Below are positions 40,871 to 57,872 of a DNA stretch of 64,000 nucleotides, piece by piece. A model generated the notes under the pieces. It worked only from the letters and a program-made list of their open reading frames with translations, had not been told where the DNA came from and searched no databases. Both the position numbers and the translations under genes were made by a program. Each line of letters opens with the position of its first letter. Positions within the stretch are counted from its first letter, which is position 1. The DNA comes from the human T2T-CHM13v2.0 reference genome, Homo sapiens, in the NCBI RefSeq assembly GCF_009914755.1, contig NC_060938.1. One strand, given 5' to 3'.

Positions 40871-41729
40871 TGTGTGTGGCCAGGGCTCTGTGACCCCACC
40901 GGCCGTGGAGCCTCATGGCTCCACATGGCTCCACAGGGCGGGGTGGGGGCCACGATGCAGGGAAACAGGAACAGACACAGTTAGAGGCTCAGAGACCCCG
41001 AGACAGAGATGGCAAAGGGGAGACACAGGGCCAGAGAGGGTCCCCGACCACCCGCAGGGGAAGGGTGCCTGTGAGTGGACTCCCGTTGAGGGGGCCTTGG
41101 GGCCACAGGGCGGGCATCAGGCTGGGGAGAGTGAGTCTTGCGCTGCTGGGTTGGAGCCACTCCGGCCTGGCCTCCCTCGGTCTGCCCCATGGGCCGCTGG
41201 GGGCCCCAGACTGCAGCCCAGGGTGGGGGCATGGGGGCACCCCGTCTCCTAGCCTGCAGCCCTGCGGGTCAGGGTGGCCAAGGTGCCTGCTCTACCCTGT
41301 CCAGCGCTGCCCAGGTGGCACTCCTACTGTGGGTCACCAGAGAGCTGGCCGTTGCGTTGGAGAGATCCCGCCAGCGATGCTGGCCCTGGAGTCGGGGGAG
41401 GCCAGCTATGTCTGGGGGCTCGGGTGGCACCGGCAATGGGAGGCCAGAGGCGCTTCACAGAGGAGCTGCTGCAGCGGAGTCCTGGAAAGCGTGGGCGTGA
41501 ATGGAAGATGCCCTGGCCATGGGGCCGGGCCACCCCGGCGGAGGCTGTCGGGTGAAATCCAGGGAGTGACAGTGAGGCCGGATCAGGGCAGGTGGGGTCA
41601 GAGGAGGAGGGAGGTAGCCTGGGGCTGCCCCAGGGTCCTGGGAAGACACACCTGGCGGTTCAGGGAAGCTCTGGAGCTTTTGTTATGAACCTTGGGATGC
41701 CCCCGGCCCTCGCCAGGGGGACGTGGCTG

Positions 41730-43750
41730 CTGCGTCTTAGTCATTTCTGGCTGCAATAACAAAAATACCATAGACTGGTGGGTTCAGCAGCAACATTCAT
41801 TTCTCACGGTTCTCGAAGCTGGAAGTTCAAGGTCAGGATGGCAGCAGGGTCAAGTTCCAGGAAGGGTCGATTCCTGGTTCACAGACCCCCATCTTTTCAC
41901 TGCGTCCTCACGTGGTGGAAAGAGGGCAGGGCTGCTCTCTGGGGTCCCTTTTCTTTAGGGTCTCTAGTGAGATTAGGGACCGAATCACATTTTTGAGGGT
42001 TCCCCCTCAGGCCCTAACCACCTCCCTGAGGCCCCAGCTCTGCATGCTCTCACTCTGGGATGACGGCTGTCACACAGGAGTTTCGGGCAGACACAGACCC
42101 TCAGACCATAGCACCACCCCTGTCTGCCTCTGCCTCTCCCCATCCCTGTGTCTCCTCGTCTGTCTCCAGCTAGGACACTTGTCCTTGGACCTAGCCCCCT
42201 CGATAATCCAGGGTGTCCTTCACCTTGAAATCCTTGACAATCCAGGGCGCCCTCACCTTGAAATCCTTGACAATCCAGGGTGCCCTCACCTCGAAATCCT
42301 TGACAATCCAGGGTTCCCTCACCTCGAAATCCTTGACAATCCAGGGTTCCCTCACCTCGAAATCCTTGACAATCCAGGGTGCCCTCACCTCGAAATCCTT
42401 GACAATCCAGGGTTCCCTCACCTCGAAATCCTTGACAATCCAGGGTTCCCTCACCTCGAAATCCTTGACAATCCAGGGTGCCCTCACCTCGAAATCCTTG
42501 ACAATCCAGGGTTCCCTCACCTCGAAATCCTTGACAATCCAGGGTGCCCTCACCTCGAAATCCTTGACAATCCAGGGTGCCCTCACCTCGAAATCCTTGA
42601 CAATCCAGGGTTCCCTCATCTCGAAATCCTTGACAATCCAGGTTTCCCTCACCTCGAAATCCTTGACAATCCAGGTTTCCCTCACCTCGAAATCCTTGAC
42701 AATCCAGGGTGCCCTCACCTCGAAATCCTTGACAATCCAGGGTTCCTTCACCTCGAAATCCTTGACAATCCAGGGTTCCCTCACCTCGAAATCCTTGACA
42801 ATCCAGGGTGCCCTCACCTCGAAATCCTTGACAATCCAGGGTGCCCTCACCTCGAAATCCTTGACAATCCAGGGTTCCCTCATCTCGAAATCCTTGACAA
42901 TCCAGGTTTCCCTCACCTCGAAATCCTTGACAATCCAGGTTTCCCTCACCTCGAAATCCTTGACAATCCAGGGTGCCCTCACCTCGAAATCCTTGACAAT
43001 CCAGGGTTCCTTCACCTCGAAATCCTTGACAATCCAGGGTTCCTTCACCTCGAAATCCTTGACAATCCAGGGTGCCCTCACCTCGAAATCCTTGACAATC
43101 CAGGGTTCCTTCACCTCGAAATCCTTGACAATCCAGGGCGCCCTCACCTCGAAATCCTTGACAATCCAGGGTTCCTTCACCTCGAAATCCTTGACAATCC
43201 AGGGTGCCCTCACCTCGAAATCCTTGACAATCCAGGGTTCCCTCATCTCGAAATCCTTGACAATCCAGGGTGCCCTCACCTCGAAATCCTTGACAATCCA
43301 GGTTTCCCTCACCTCGAAATCCTTGACAATCCAGGGTGCCCTCACCTTGAAATCCTTGACAATCCAGGGTTCCTTCACCTCGAAATCCTTGACAATCCAG
43401 GGTTCCTTCACCTCGAAATCCTTGACAATCCAGGGTGCCCTCACCTCGAAATCCTTGACAATCCAGGGTTCCTTCACCTCGAAATCCTTGACAATCCAGG
43501 GCGCCCTCACCTCGAAATCCTTGACAATCCAGGGTTCCTTCACCTCGAAATCCTTGACAATCCAGGGTTCCTTCACCTCGAAATCCTTGACAATCCAGGG
43601 TGCCCTCACCTCGAAATCCTTGACAATCCAGGGTGCCCTCACCTCGAAATCCTTATCTTGATGGGATCTGCAAAGGCCCTTTTGACAAATAACGCCGCAC
43701 TCAATGGCCCCAGGGGCTAGGATGTGGCTCTATCTTTTGGGGGCCATGGT
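41730..43750. mobile_element. MLT1 (MaLR) LTR-derived sequence hosting the 33-bp VNTR
   Basis: GTCTTAGTC...CTGCAATAACAAAAATACCATAGACTGG, TTTCTCACGGTTCTCGAAGCTGGAAGTTCAAGGTCAGG, and post-array ATCTGCAAAGGCCCTTTTGACAAATAA resemble MLT1 consensus. Probably two adjacent fragments. Confidence 0.7.
42203..43655. repeat. 33-bp VNTR CCTCACCTCGAAATCCTTGACAATCCAGGGT(G/T)C, ~44 units
   Basis: Head-to-tail 33-bp units with no spacers, giving 11-aa periodic ORFs. Confidence 0.97.
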
Positions 43751-45822
43751 TGTACCCACGGGTGGGTTAATAGGGGAATGAAGAGGGGGATGGAGAGGCC
43801 CTGAGACGGCATCCTCTTGCTCCCGGGAGGCCAGGCCATGTGGAAGGCAGGGGCGCTGTTCCGAGCCTGGGTGTGAATCCGGGCCTCTGCCCCTCCCCAC
43901 GGGCCCCGTCTGTCTCCTCTACGTGGGTGCTCATCTGGTCTTCCTCTCAGGCCTTTGAGGCGATGGAATTTTCTGTGCGTGAGGACGCCTGCCACACAGT
44001 GGGGCAGTGAGCTGACTCCTTGCCCTTGCTCTGGGGCCATGGAGGTCTCATGATCTAGGGTGCGGGGCAGAGAAAGTCACTGAGCTCTGTCCCCCGGGGG
44101 GGCTCCCGGGCCGGGGCACCTTGGCTGCGGAGGGCCGGTCTGTTGTAGGAGATGTGGGTTTGCGACACCCTGGGCTGGTGATGGGGTGGATGGAGGGCCT
44201 GGCTTCCTGAGACTGTGTGTGTGTTGGTATGAGCGTGCCTGAGCGTGTCAGCCTGTGTGAGTGCATGATTGGTGTGTGTGAGTGCAAATGTGTATGAGAG
44301 GTTGAGTCTGTGTGTGTGAACCTGTGTGTTTTTGCATGTGCGAGTGTGTGCCTGCATGTGTGTCTGTGAATGAGGGAGTGTGTGAGGGGAGCTGGGCAGC
44401 GGCTGTGGCCTTGGCCCTGTCCTGCGACGCCCCCTCCTCTGGTGTTGTTTGGACCCAGTCGGCCTCAGCGCTGCCCGCTTTGGGGTTTTCTACCCTGTAG
44501 GGAGCCGTCGCTCCTCACCTTCTCCCCCGTGCCCGGCTGCTCCGAGGTCGCAGCAGAGGACAGGGCGGAGGGCCCAGGTGCCGCTGTCAGACTGAGGCAG
44601 GCTTGCTTCATTCCGCTTTGTGCCAGACTCCATGTGACGTGGCTCTCCTGGCACAGAGCGAGGCTCTCCCTGTGGGGCCATCACTGTGAGAGGACTCTCC
44701 TGCATTGGGGCATTTTGCCAACTGGCCCTAAAAAGTGGTCTTAATGATTTACGTGCCCTCAGTCAGGGCCAAGAAGCACCTCCACCCCCTTCATCCCCTC
44801 CTCCTTCCTTTCACTTTTCTCATTGTTAAAATGGTTTCTTTATATTATCGGCCACTGGGTTTTTCCTTTCCATGAAGAACCTATTGCTCACCTTTCTTCT
44901 TAGTGATCTCTGAGTGCTCTTTGTATATGAGGGAACCCTGCCCTTTGTCATGCCTATCATGCGTTCTCTCCCATTTTTAGGATGTTGTGGAGACCCTTGT
45001 AAGCAGGCCTCTCCAGCCAGGGAGGCTGCACATTTGCCCTGAGGACTGGTGTGGGTCAAGCCCACCTGTGGCCCCGATGGCTCTGGGGCCCCAGCCTGCT
45101 CCTGGGTCACCTCTCAGCTCTTCAGGAGGTCCAGGCTGGTGGGCGGCTGTGGGCTGGGGAGTCAGCTTTGTCTGTGCTCAGTGGGTGCTGGATCAGGGTG
45201 TGTGGCCAGTGGTCCTGGGGGCCCCCACCAGCCTCCACCTTGGTGACTGTGCAGCTGCATTCTTGGGGCCTCCTGTGCTGACCACAGCATGGGCCTCTTC
45301 TGGTTTTGCCCACAAAGGGGTCGATGTTGATTGTTGCTTTGACTTTACCTGAGAAGGAGGCATGAGTCTGGGCTGGAGACCAGCAGACCAGGTATGACAG
45401 GGCCGAGCTGGGGAGTCTCTGGGGTGCTGAGGGGTGATTGATGGGAACCACTGCTTGGGCACTTTGGCTCTCAGGACCCCAGAATGGCCCCTGCCCTTCC
45501 TTCCCCTCTGGCTCCTCCTGCACGTCCTCAGGGGTCCTGCCTCCCACCAGCCACTCCAGGGCCACACACACCTCCTACAGAGCCCTCCGGAGACGTGGGG
45601 TTTGTGAAAAGGATCTTTACTAAGAAACTCAGAGAGAAAGAAGTATGACTGCTGAAGCCAGAGGCTGGACGAGGTCATAGGGACGAGGTCGGCAGCTGCT
45701 GTCCCTGCAGGAAACCCCTTCTCTGGCTGTGGGAGCCCCTCTACCCACTCCAGGGGCCCGAAGCCCTCAACCGTCCTGTGGCCTGGCCTCAGAGGGCTTC
45801 CCTGTGCCTTCAGGCTGCAGAA

Positions 45823-46068
45823 ATGGGGGCTGAGGATAGATGGCAGGAGGGGTGGGTGAAGGGATGGGGGCTGTGGATGGATGGCAGGAGGGGTGGGTGA
45901 AGGGATGGGGGCTGAGGATAGATGGCAGGAGGGGTGGGTGAAGGGATGGGGGCTGAGGATAGATGGCAGGAGGGGTGGGTGAAGGGATGGGGGCTGAGGT
46001 GGATGGCAGGAGGGGTGGGTGAAGGGATGGGGGCTGTGGATGGGTGGCAGGAGGGGTGGGTGAAGGGA
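45823..46068. repeat. 41-bp G-rich minisatellite, ~6 copies
   Basis: Unit GATGGGGGCTGAGGATAGATGGCAGGAGGGGTGGGTGAAGG. Confidence 0.9.
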
Positions 46069-46570
46069 AAGAAGGTCTGGGTGAGGCTTGGGGGACGGGG
46101 ATGCCAGGCACTTGGATCTCAGGGCTAGAAGGGTCAGACCGAGGCTGGGGAGTGAGGCCGTGGGCTGGTGTTGGGCTGGACGCAGACTCAGCTGTGTCCT
46201 GGGCTGGGTGCTGGGCCCTCCTTGGCTTTTGGTGATTGTACAGTCAGAATGGGAGTGACCCGGAGACCCAGGGGCCTGGGATGAGCTCAGAACGGCTAGC
46301 AGCCACCCCTCCTCGATGACTCTGTTGAAGGGACAGACACGGTTTTCGGGTGGGGGCTGCGACTGGTGGTTCTCTCGGCGCCTTTAACCTTGCGGCTGAG
46401 CCGGCCCCCTCTGGGCTCAGGTTCACTGGCCATCAGCCCACAGTAGTGACCTTGTGCCCCCTTTTCTTGTCTGCTTCCCTTTTCCCACCCAGGGCAGGGC
46501 GCAGCCCGAGGGAGGCTCAGGCGCTGGCAGAGAAAAAGCTGGGCCTGGTGGAGCGTGAGTGGCCCGCGGC

Positions 46571-50590
<4,020 letters not shown>

Positions 50591-50971
50591 CAGTGGAGCT
50601 CAGGACAGCTCCCTGCTGCCGCCTCCCCACCCTCCCTCCCGGCTCTGGGTTGGCTGTCCCTGTCCTGGGGGTGACAGGCAGTCTGCACCCAGCCTAGCCC
50701 TGCCCAGCATGGGGCCTCTGACCTTCTTAGTCTTGGGCCCAGCCAAGATTCCCAGCCCCCTGCCTTCTCCAGGTCGGCGTTAGGCTGTTTCTAGCTTTCC
50801 TGTGTCCCCATGCAGGGAAGGGACGTCTGGAGTCCATGCAGTAACTAAGAAGCTTGGTTGATGCTGTGAGGGTGGCCCAGGAGTCCCCTCGCTGTCAGGG
50901 ACCCAGGCAGCCTCTCCCTCACTGCTGCCTGGGCCGGCCCCTTGATTGGGGCTCCCGGTGGGCTGGGATAC

Positions 50972-51100
50972 CTGAAGCGCCGGGTCGTCCATTTGGTGCC
51001 TGTGGCTGGTGTGGCCCGTCCGGCTCCCTGTCGGGTTCCTGGACAGCTCCCAGATGATCAGTAACCGTGGTTGTTATTTCTGTGTCGGGCAGTGGAGCCT
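50972..51100 (-). ncRNA. I-epsilon germline exon homologue
   Basis: Matches the recalled I-epsilon sequence ...GGCACCAAATGGACGACCCGGCGCTTCAG|GTATCC with an intact donor. 5' end approximate. Confidence 0.8.
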
Positions 51101-51119
51101 GGGTGGGGGGAGCTCTGCC

Positions 51120-51225
51120 TCAGTGCTTTCAGCTAAAAATGGAGTGGGAACCCCTGGAGGCCCGGGCCACCCTGGAAGTTCCCTTTTCTCTCTGTTCTTG
51201 GGAATTCGATTGAGCAACAGCGGGG
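51120..51225 (-). promoter_or_regulatory. I-epsilon promoter homologue (IL-4/CD40 response module)
   Basis: STAT6 TTC-N4-GAA (TTCTTGGGAA 51195-51204), NF-kB GGAAGTTCCC 51174-51183 and GGGAACCCC ~51146, C/EBP-like TTGAGCAA ~51210. Confidence 0.85.
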
Positions 51226-51293
51226 GCTCAGGTGAGGCTCCTTCACTACCGATGCACACCGAGTGCTGGGGGAGGTTCTCTTCTCTCTCAGGC

Positions 51294-54200
51294 CCCAGTG
51301 TTGGAGGTGGGCCTGGTGGGAGGTGATTAGATCATGGGGCTGGACCCCTCATGAATGGCCTAGCACCATCTCCCAGGTGATGAGTGAGTTCTCCCTCAGT
51401 TAGTCCCTGTGACAGCTCGTTGTTTACAATTCTGGGACGTGCCACTTCTTTTCTCTTGCTCCCTCTTGCCATGTGACATGCCTGCTCCCCCTTCGCCTTC
51501 TGCCATGATTGCAATCTCCCTGAGGCCTCACCAGAAGCAGATGCCAGGGCCGTGTTTCCCTTCTGCTCTTCTGCTCTCCCCCGCCCTTCCCTTCTTCTTG
51601 TCTTTTCAAGACAAGTTCTCACTATGTTGCCCAGGCTGGTCTCAAACTTCTGAGCTCAAGTGATCCTCCTGCTTCTGCCTCCCAAAATGCTAGGATGACA
51701 GGTATGAGCCACAGTGCCTGGCCTAAACACCTTTTCTTTATAAATTACTAGCCTCATGTATTTTTTTTTCTAGTAACACAAACTAACACAGAACATTGGT
51801 ATTGAGGAGTGGAACATTGCTATAAAGATACCTGAAAATGTGGAAGCAGCTTTGGAATTAGGTAACAGGCAGAGAGGTTAGAAGAATTTGGAGGACTCAG
51901 AAGAAGACAGGAAGATGAGGGAAAGTTTGGAATTTCTTAGAGACTATTAAATGGTTGTCACCAAAATGCTGATAGACATATGCACTGTGAAAGCCAGGCT
52001 GATGAAATCTCAGATGGAAATGAGGAACTTATTGGGAACTGGAGTAAAGGTCACGCTTGTTAAATCCTAAGATACAACTTGGCTGCATTGTGTTCATGCC
52101 CTAGGGATCTGTGGAAGTTTGACCTTAAGAGTGATGACTTAGGGCATCTGGGGAAGACATTTCTAAGCAGACGTTTCTAAGGTGTGACCTGGTTGCTTCT
52201 AACAGTCTAGGGTAAGATATGGGAGCAAAGAAATGACTTAAAGTTGGAACTTATATTTAAAAGTTGCAAATGAAAAAATAAAATGCTAATCCAAGGGGAT
52301 TCCAAAGAAACCTGGAAAACCAGTTCAGGCCATGACAGGAAGGGGAGGGTGGTTTGGACTCCCTCACTATACCCTCTCCCTGTTGGAGCTTAGGCTCAGC
52401 TGACCAGTGTTAACATTAAAACAGGGAGCTTAAGACTGACAAAGCAGACTCTTTGTAGCAATAAGGTATCAAATCCCAACCTGACTCTGGTATAGCATCA
52501 CATGACAGGTGGCAGGCATGGAAGGAAATTAAAGTATTTTATCCCAGAATATGTTTCTCTGACACATTTTGGAAGGGCCCTGCAAAGCCGTCTCTTGTGG
52601 AGGAAATGTATATTCTGTTGAGAATCTTTTTCCCTTTCCAGGTCTCTTCCTGATTCAGGAGAGATTTATCCAAGAGTCTGGCACCTTTTAGGTTCTGATA
52701 AGAGACATTGACCATCTCTTCTCTCTGGAACGTGGAGGCTTCGTCTACATAACAAGAACCTTGGCTTCCACAACCCCCTTATCTTAAGCATTGCTTTTCG
52801 CTGACTTCAACTTTTTAGATAATTTAACTTTTTCAGCCAATCGCCAATCAGAAAATCTTCAAATCCACCTATGATTTGGAATTCCCCACTTTGAATTGTC
52901 CTGCTTTTCCAAACCAAACCAAACCAATGTATACTTTACATGTATTGATTGATGTCTCATGTCTCCCTAAAACATAAAACCAGGCCGCAACCCAAGCACC
53001 TTGCACACATGTTCTCAGGACCTTTTGAGGCTGTGCCACAGTTCATGGCTCTCATATTTGGCTCAGAATCAATTTTTCAAGTGTTTTATGGAGTTTGGCT
53101 TTTTTCATCAACAAAGGGAAGCAGAGCATTAAAAATGTGGAAAATTCACAGCCTGGCCATATGGTAGAAAAGAAAAGGTATTTTCAGGAGACAAATATAA
53201 GTAGGCTATGGAGCAGCCAGTTGCTAGAGAGATTAGCATAACTAAAAGGGAGCTAAGTGCTCATATCCAGAACAAAGGGAAGAAGGCCTTGAAGGCATTT
53301 TGGAAATCTCTGAGGTGGTCTTTCCCATCACAGGCCCAGAGGCCAAGAGGGAAAGGATGGTTTTGTGGGCCATGGCCATGGCCACTGCTGCCTGTGCAGC
53401 CTTGGGACACTGCTCTCCACATCCTGGTTCCTCTGGCTCCAGCCTTGGCTCAAAGGGCCCCAAGTATAGCTTAGGCTGCTTCTTTGGAGAGTGCAAGCCA
53501 CTATAAGCCTTGGTGACTTCCATCTGGTGTTAAGCCTGTAGGCTCCCAGAATACACGAGTGAAGGAAGCTTGGCATCTTCCCTCTAGATTTCAGAAATGT
53601 ATGAGAAAGCCTAGGTGCCCAGACAGAAGCCTCCTGCCAGCATGGAGCCCTCACAGAGAACCTCTACTAGAGCAGTGCCAAAGAGAATGTGGGGTTGAAC
53701 CCCCATATAATGTCCCCACCAGGGCACTGCCTAGTGGAGCTGTGGGAAGGGGGCCACTGTCCTCCAGACCCCAGAATGGTGGATCCACTGGCAGTTTGCA
53801 CCCTGAATCTGGAAAAGCCACAGGCACTCAACTCTATCATGTGAGAGAAGCCACAGGGGCAACATCCTCCAAAGCCACAAGGGTAGAGTTTTCCAAGGCC
53901 TTGGGAGCCCACCCCCTGCACCAATGTGCCCTGGATATGGGACATGAAGTCAAAGGAGATTACCTTGGAGCTTTAAGATTTAATGACTGCCCTGCTGGAT
54001 TTCTGACATATATGGGGCATGTAGATCCTTTCTTTTTGCCAACTTCTCCCTTGTGGAATGGGAATGTTTACGCAATGTCTGCACTCTCATTGTATTTTGG
54101 GAGTCAATAATTTGTCTTTGATTTCATAGGCTGATAGGTGGAAGGGAGTCATCTTCAGATGAGACTTGGGACTTGGGAAATTTGGGTTGATTCTGGAATG

Positions 54201-54690
54201 AGGTAAGACTTTGGGGGACTGTTGAGAAGGCATGATTGTATTTTGCAACATGAGATTTGGGGGACCAGGGGTGGAAGGATATGGTTTATATATTTGTCCC
54301 CTCCAAATCTCATGTTGTAATATGATTCCCAGTGTTGGAAGTGGGGCCTGGTAGGAGGTGATTAGATCAAGGGGGAAGATCCCTCATGAATGATTTAGAA
54401 TCATCCCCTTGGTGATGAGTGAATTCTCCCCCAGTCAGCTCACACACAGTCTAGTTGTTTAAGTCTGGGGCCCCCCCTCAGCCTCTTGCTCCCATTCTTG
54501 CCATGTGGCATACCTGCTCTCCCTTCACCTTCTGCTATGACTGTAAGTTTCCTGAGGTCCTCGCCAGAAGCAGATGCTGGTGCCATACTTCCTATACAGC
54601 CTGCAGAACTGTGAGCCAATTGAACCTCTTTCCTTCATAAGTTACTCAGCCTCAGGTATTTCTTTACAGTAATGCAAATGGACAAACACA
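51294..54690 (+). mobile_element. MST-type MaLR element: truncated LTR (~51294-51790, with an Alu fragment ~51600-51725), internal region, second LTR (~54278-54690)
   Basis: Two similar LTRs (CCCAGTGTTGGA..GGGCCTGGT.GGAGGTGATTAGATCA) flank MST/THE1-int-like sequence (AAAGATACCTGAAAATGTGGAAGCAGCTTTGGAA). Confidence 0.8.
52265..53113 (+). mobile_element. MER4-family solo LTR nested in the MaLR internal region
   Basis: TG...AACA ends, CCAGTTCAGGCCATGA and GAGTTTGGCTTTTTCATCAACA motifs; interrupts TATTTAAAAG^GGAAGCAGAGC with an imperfect 4-bp duplication AAGT/AAGG. Confidence 0.65.
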
Positions 54691-54959
54691 GGTGGCTCCT
54701 GACACACCCCTCATCTTCTCCTTTGTCATCATATGGCTTACCTCCATGTGTGTCTGTGTCCTCTCCTCTTATGAGGACACCAGTGTTTGGACTTGGGATC
54801 CATCCAAAATTTAGTATGATATCATCTCAAGTCCTTAACCTAATTTGTAAAGACCCCATTTCCAAATAAGGTCACATTCTGAGGTTCCAGGTGGGCATAC
54901 ATTTGGCCAGGGAGATGCCATCAGCCCACCACACCAGCCTACGCAGGTACATTTGCATA

Positions 54960-56580
54960 TAGCTTAGGGTTGACGTTTCTCATGGAAGTATTACATCCCC
55001 CTCTGGACTCCAGTTTTGCATGTTTTAGAATGCTTCGCCTTCTCCAGCAGGATGAATCTCTTTTCATTTTTTAGTATTTTTCTCTTTCTTCTTTGGATTG
55101 GATTAAAAAGAATTGATATACTCTATTGATGCATCTTTAAGTTTTCTGTTCCTTCTTATGTCTTGTCCAATCTGTTATTAAACTTGGGTAATGTTTTTCT
55201 CTTTCTTTTCTTTTTTAATAAAATAGAGATGGGGTTTCACCATGTTGCCCAGGCTGGTCTCCAACTCCTGAGATCAAGTGATCCTTCCTTGTTGGCCTTC
55301 CAAAGTGCTAGGATTACAGGTATGAGCCACTGGGCCTGGTCAAATGATGTTTTTCATTTCCGAATCATACTTTTAGTTCTAGAATTTTCATTCGCTTCTT
55401 GTAACTATTTTCAGTTTTTTATAGAGATACCTCATCTAGTCACTCATGATAACCATATTTTCCTTTAAGTCTTTGAACATATTTAACATAACTTCTTTAA
55501 AGTCCTTGTCTGATAACTGTATCTGCATCTAGGTCATCTTGGAGTTGATCTCCATTGATCCCTTTTTCTTTTGATTTTGGATCACATTTTCATGTTTCTT
55601 TGCATACATAGTAATTTTGGATGTGTGCCTGATGTTGTTGATAACATGTGGTACAGGCTATGGGGTTTGCATTCTTTCTTAGCAGAGCATTAATTGTTTT
55701 TTTCAATGTTAGCAAGCAGTTAGCTTGAGTTGACTCAAACTCCCAAGTCTGCCTGCCTGGCAGTTGGCAGTAGCTGGAATCTCAGTTCTCTTGACCTTAC
55801 AGGTGTTGCTTTCTGCTGGACCCTTTGGAGTTTTCCCTACCCATGCACACCTAAGGAATCGGCCAGAGGTTTCACTGGAGTTTACTTGCAGATTGTGGGG
55901 TTTCCCTTCGGTGACCTTCTCCTTTACGGATATCTTCTCTTCATTTCCAGCTGCTCTGAAAATGCAGCCCTGCATCCCACTCCTCACCAGGAGGGCTGCA
56001 GTTTCCTGCTTAAACTCTAGCTGCACCCATTACCTGCACTGGGGTGTGACTTCAGACGAATATTTCGCGGAATAATCCTTACTAGTGTTTGCCTACTTCT
56101 GGTCATGTCCCAGTGCCTGCAATTGGTGTGTGTGGGTGTTGTGTGTGCTTACAGCATTTCCAGTGTTTATAATTGCCTTCTGCCAAAGGGCTGGTCTGAT
56201 ATTAGCTGCTCCAGCATTATTGGAATCAGAACTACTTTCTCTCACGTGGTTTTTCATTTTCATTTCCCTGTTGACTAGTGTGGTTCAACATGTTTTCATA
56301 TGTTTAGTGGCTATTTGGATATCTTCTGTAAAACATCTGTTCAATTCTCTTGCCTATTCCTCATTAGATTATTTGATTTTTTTTTCTCATTGGTTTACAG
56401 GGGTCTTCTTTATATTATGGATCTGTTTGTGTCAGTCAGTTATATATGTTTATAGGAAACATTGAGAAAAACTGAAATGGACCAAATGATTACTTGGTGC
56501 CTTCCATGGAAAGCAAGGCATCGTCTTGTACACTCTTCCAAGTTATTTTATTCTATGGAGCTCTGCATCTTTTATTTCCT
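54960..56580 (-). mobile_element. Old L1-like fragments with an Alu monomer (~55200-55342)
   Basis: T-rich sequence with L1 antisense-like motifs (CATTTCCCTG...CATGTTTTCATATGTTTAGTGGCTATTTGGATATCTTCT) and an antisense Alu left arm. Confidence 0.55.
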
Positions 56581-56606
56581 TTGAACTATTTTACACCTCT
56601 ATAAGC

Positions 56607-56937
56607 CAGGGGTCCCCAACCCCTGGGTCATGCACTGGAACCAGTTCATGGCCTGTTAGGAACTGGGCCACAGAGCAGGAGGTGAGGGGTGTGTGAGCAT
56701 TCCTGCCGGAGCTCCACCTCCTGTCAGGTCAGTGGCAGCATTAGATTCTCATAGGAGCGAACCCTATTGCGAGCTGCACATTCCCGGGATCTAAGTTGCA
56801 TGCTCCTTATGACACCCTAATGCCTAATGATCTGAGGTGGAACAGCTTTGTCCCCAAACCATCCCCCGATCCTGGTCTGTGGAAACATTGTCTTCCATGG
56901 AACTGGTTCCTGGTGCCAAAAATGTTGGGGACCACGG
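56607..56937 (+). mobile_element. MER1B-like hAT-Charlie MITE
   Basis: TIRs CAGGGGTCCCCAAC / GTTGGGGACCACGG, internal GCAGCATTAGATTCTCATAGGAGC, degenerate 8-bp TSD CTATAAGC/CTCTAAGT. Confidence 0.85.
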
Positions 56938-57872
56938 CTCTAAGTTGTACATAATTGATAGCAATGCAAAAACTCTTTGAGTTGGTAGAAATCCAAGTTC
57001 TCATCTTTGAAAGGACAATGAATTGCTCCTCCTCTGCCAGGGAAAAGGCCAGTTTTGCATCTATCTATGAACTCCTTTTAGCATTCCTGAATCAATTATG
57101 TAAGTGTAGTACTTAGAATTCCACTTTGAACTGGTTGCAACACCTTAATTAATGAGATAAAGAGCATCTCTGAAATGTGTCGTCATATGTTTATGTGAGT
57201 CCTGATCATAATACTTTTAAAAAATGATCTCTTAACTCGTGATTTCTTCTCCCTCATGGCCCCACCCAGCCGCAGTATCCAGGGAGCTTAGTTTTCTGTG
57301 GCCCGGGAGGGCAGGAGAACCGGTGTTGATGGGGAGATCTGAGGTTGGCCCCAACTTTTCCCCACAGCTCTGCTTCAAGGAGTGCCGTGGGAAGGCCTCC
57401 CAACCCCACACCTGTCCTGTTGGCCAAGGCGAGCTCCATGCCATGTGGCATCTCTGCCGCTGGCCACCTGGTGAGTATCTGTTGAATAGAGAAATGTGCA
57501 GCATCTCCACAGAGCCTCCAGGGCTTCTGTGCTCTCCAAACATCTCTGGGCTCCTGGCACCCTCTCAGGGTATGATGTGTTGGTGTCTGGGTTGGGCCCC
57601 TGTCCCTGAGGGTAGGACTCAGGCAAGGACAAAGCTCTGGACTCAAAGAGCTGGTGTGGGGGTGAGTGAAAAGAACAGGAGCTTTGAGGTCAGAAATGCG
57701 GGTTTCAGCCTGCATTGTCCCCATGAGCAGGGGCTGCAGACTCGCCAAGACCTCAGTTTCTACCATGGTGAGAGAGTGTCAGAGACTGCAGCACGTATTT
57801 CAAGTGTCCAGGGACAGCAGGGGTCTGGGTTGGACCAGCTCTCCTGAATACTGAGGGTGCGATCTTGACCAT

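Noticed and set aside
41912-43720. 602-, 482- and 483-aa ORFs with 11-aa repeats (PHLEILDNPG), or a possible CRISPR array
   Set aside because: A 33-bp tandem unit lacking stops in several frames produces these ORFs. There are no unique spacers, no cas genes and no gene structure.
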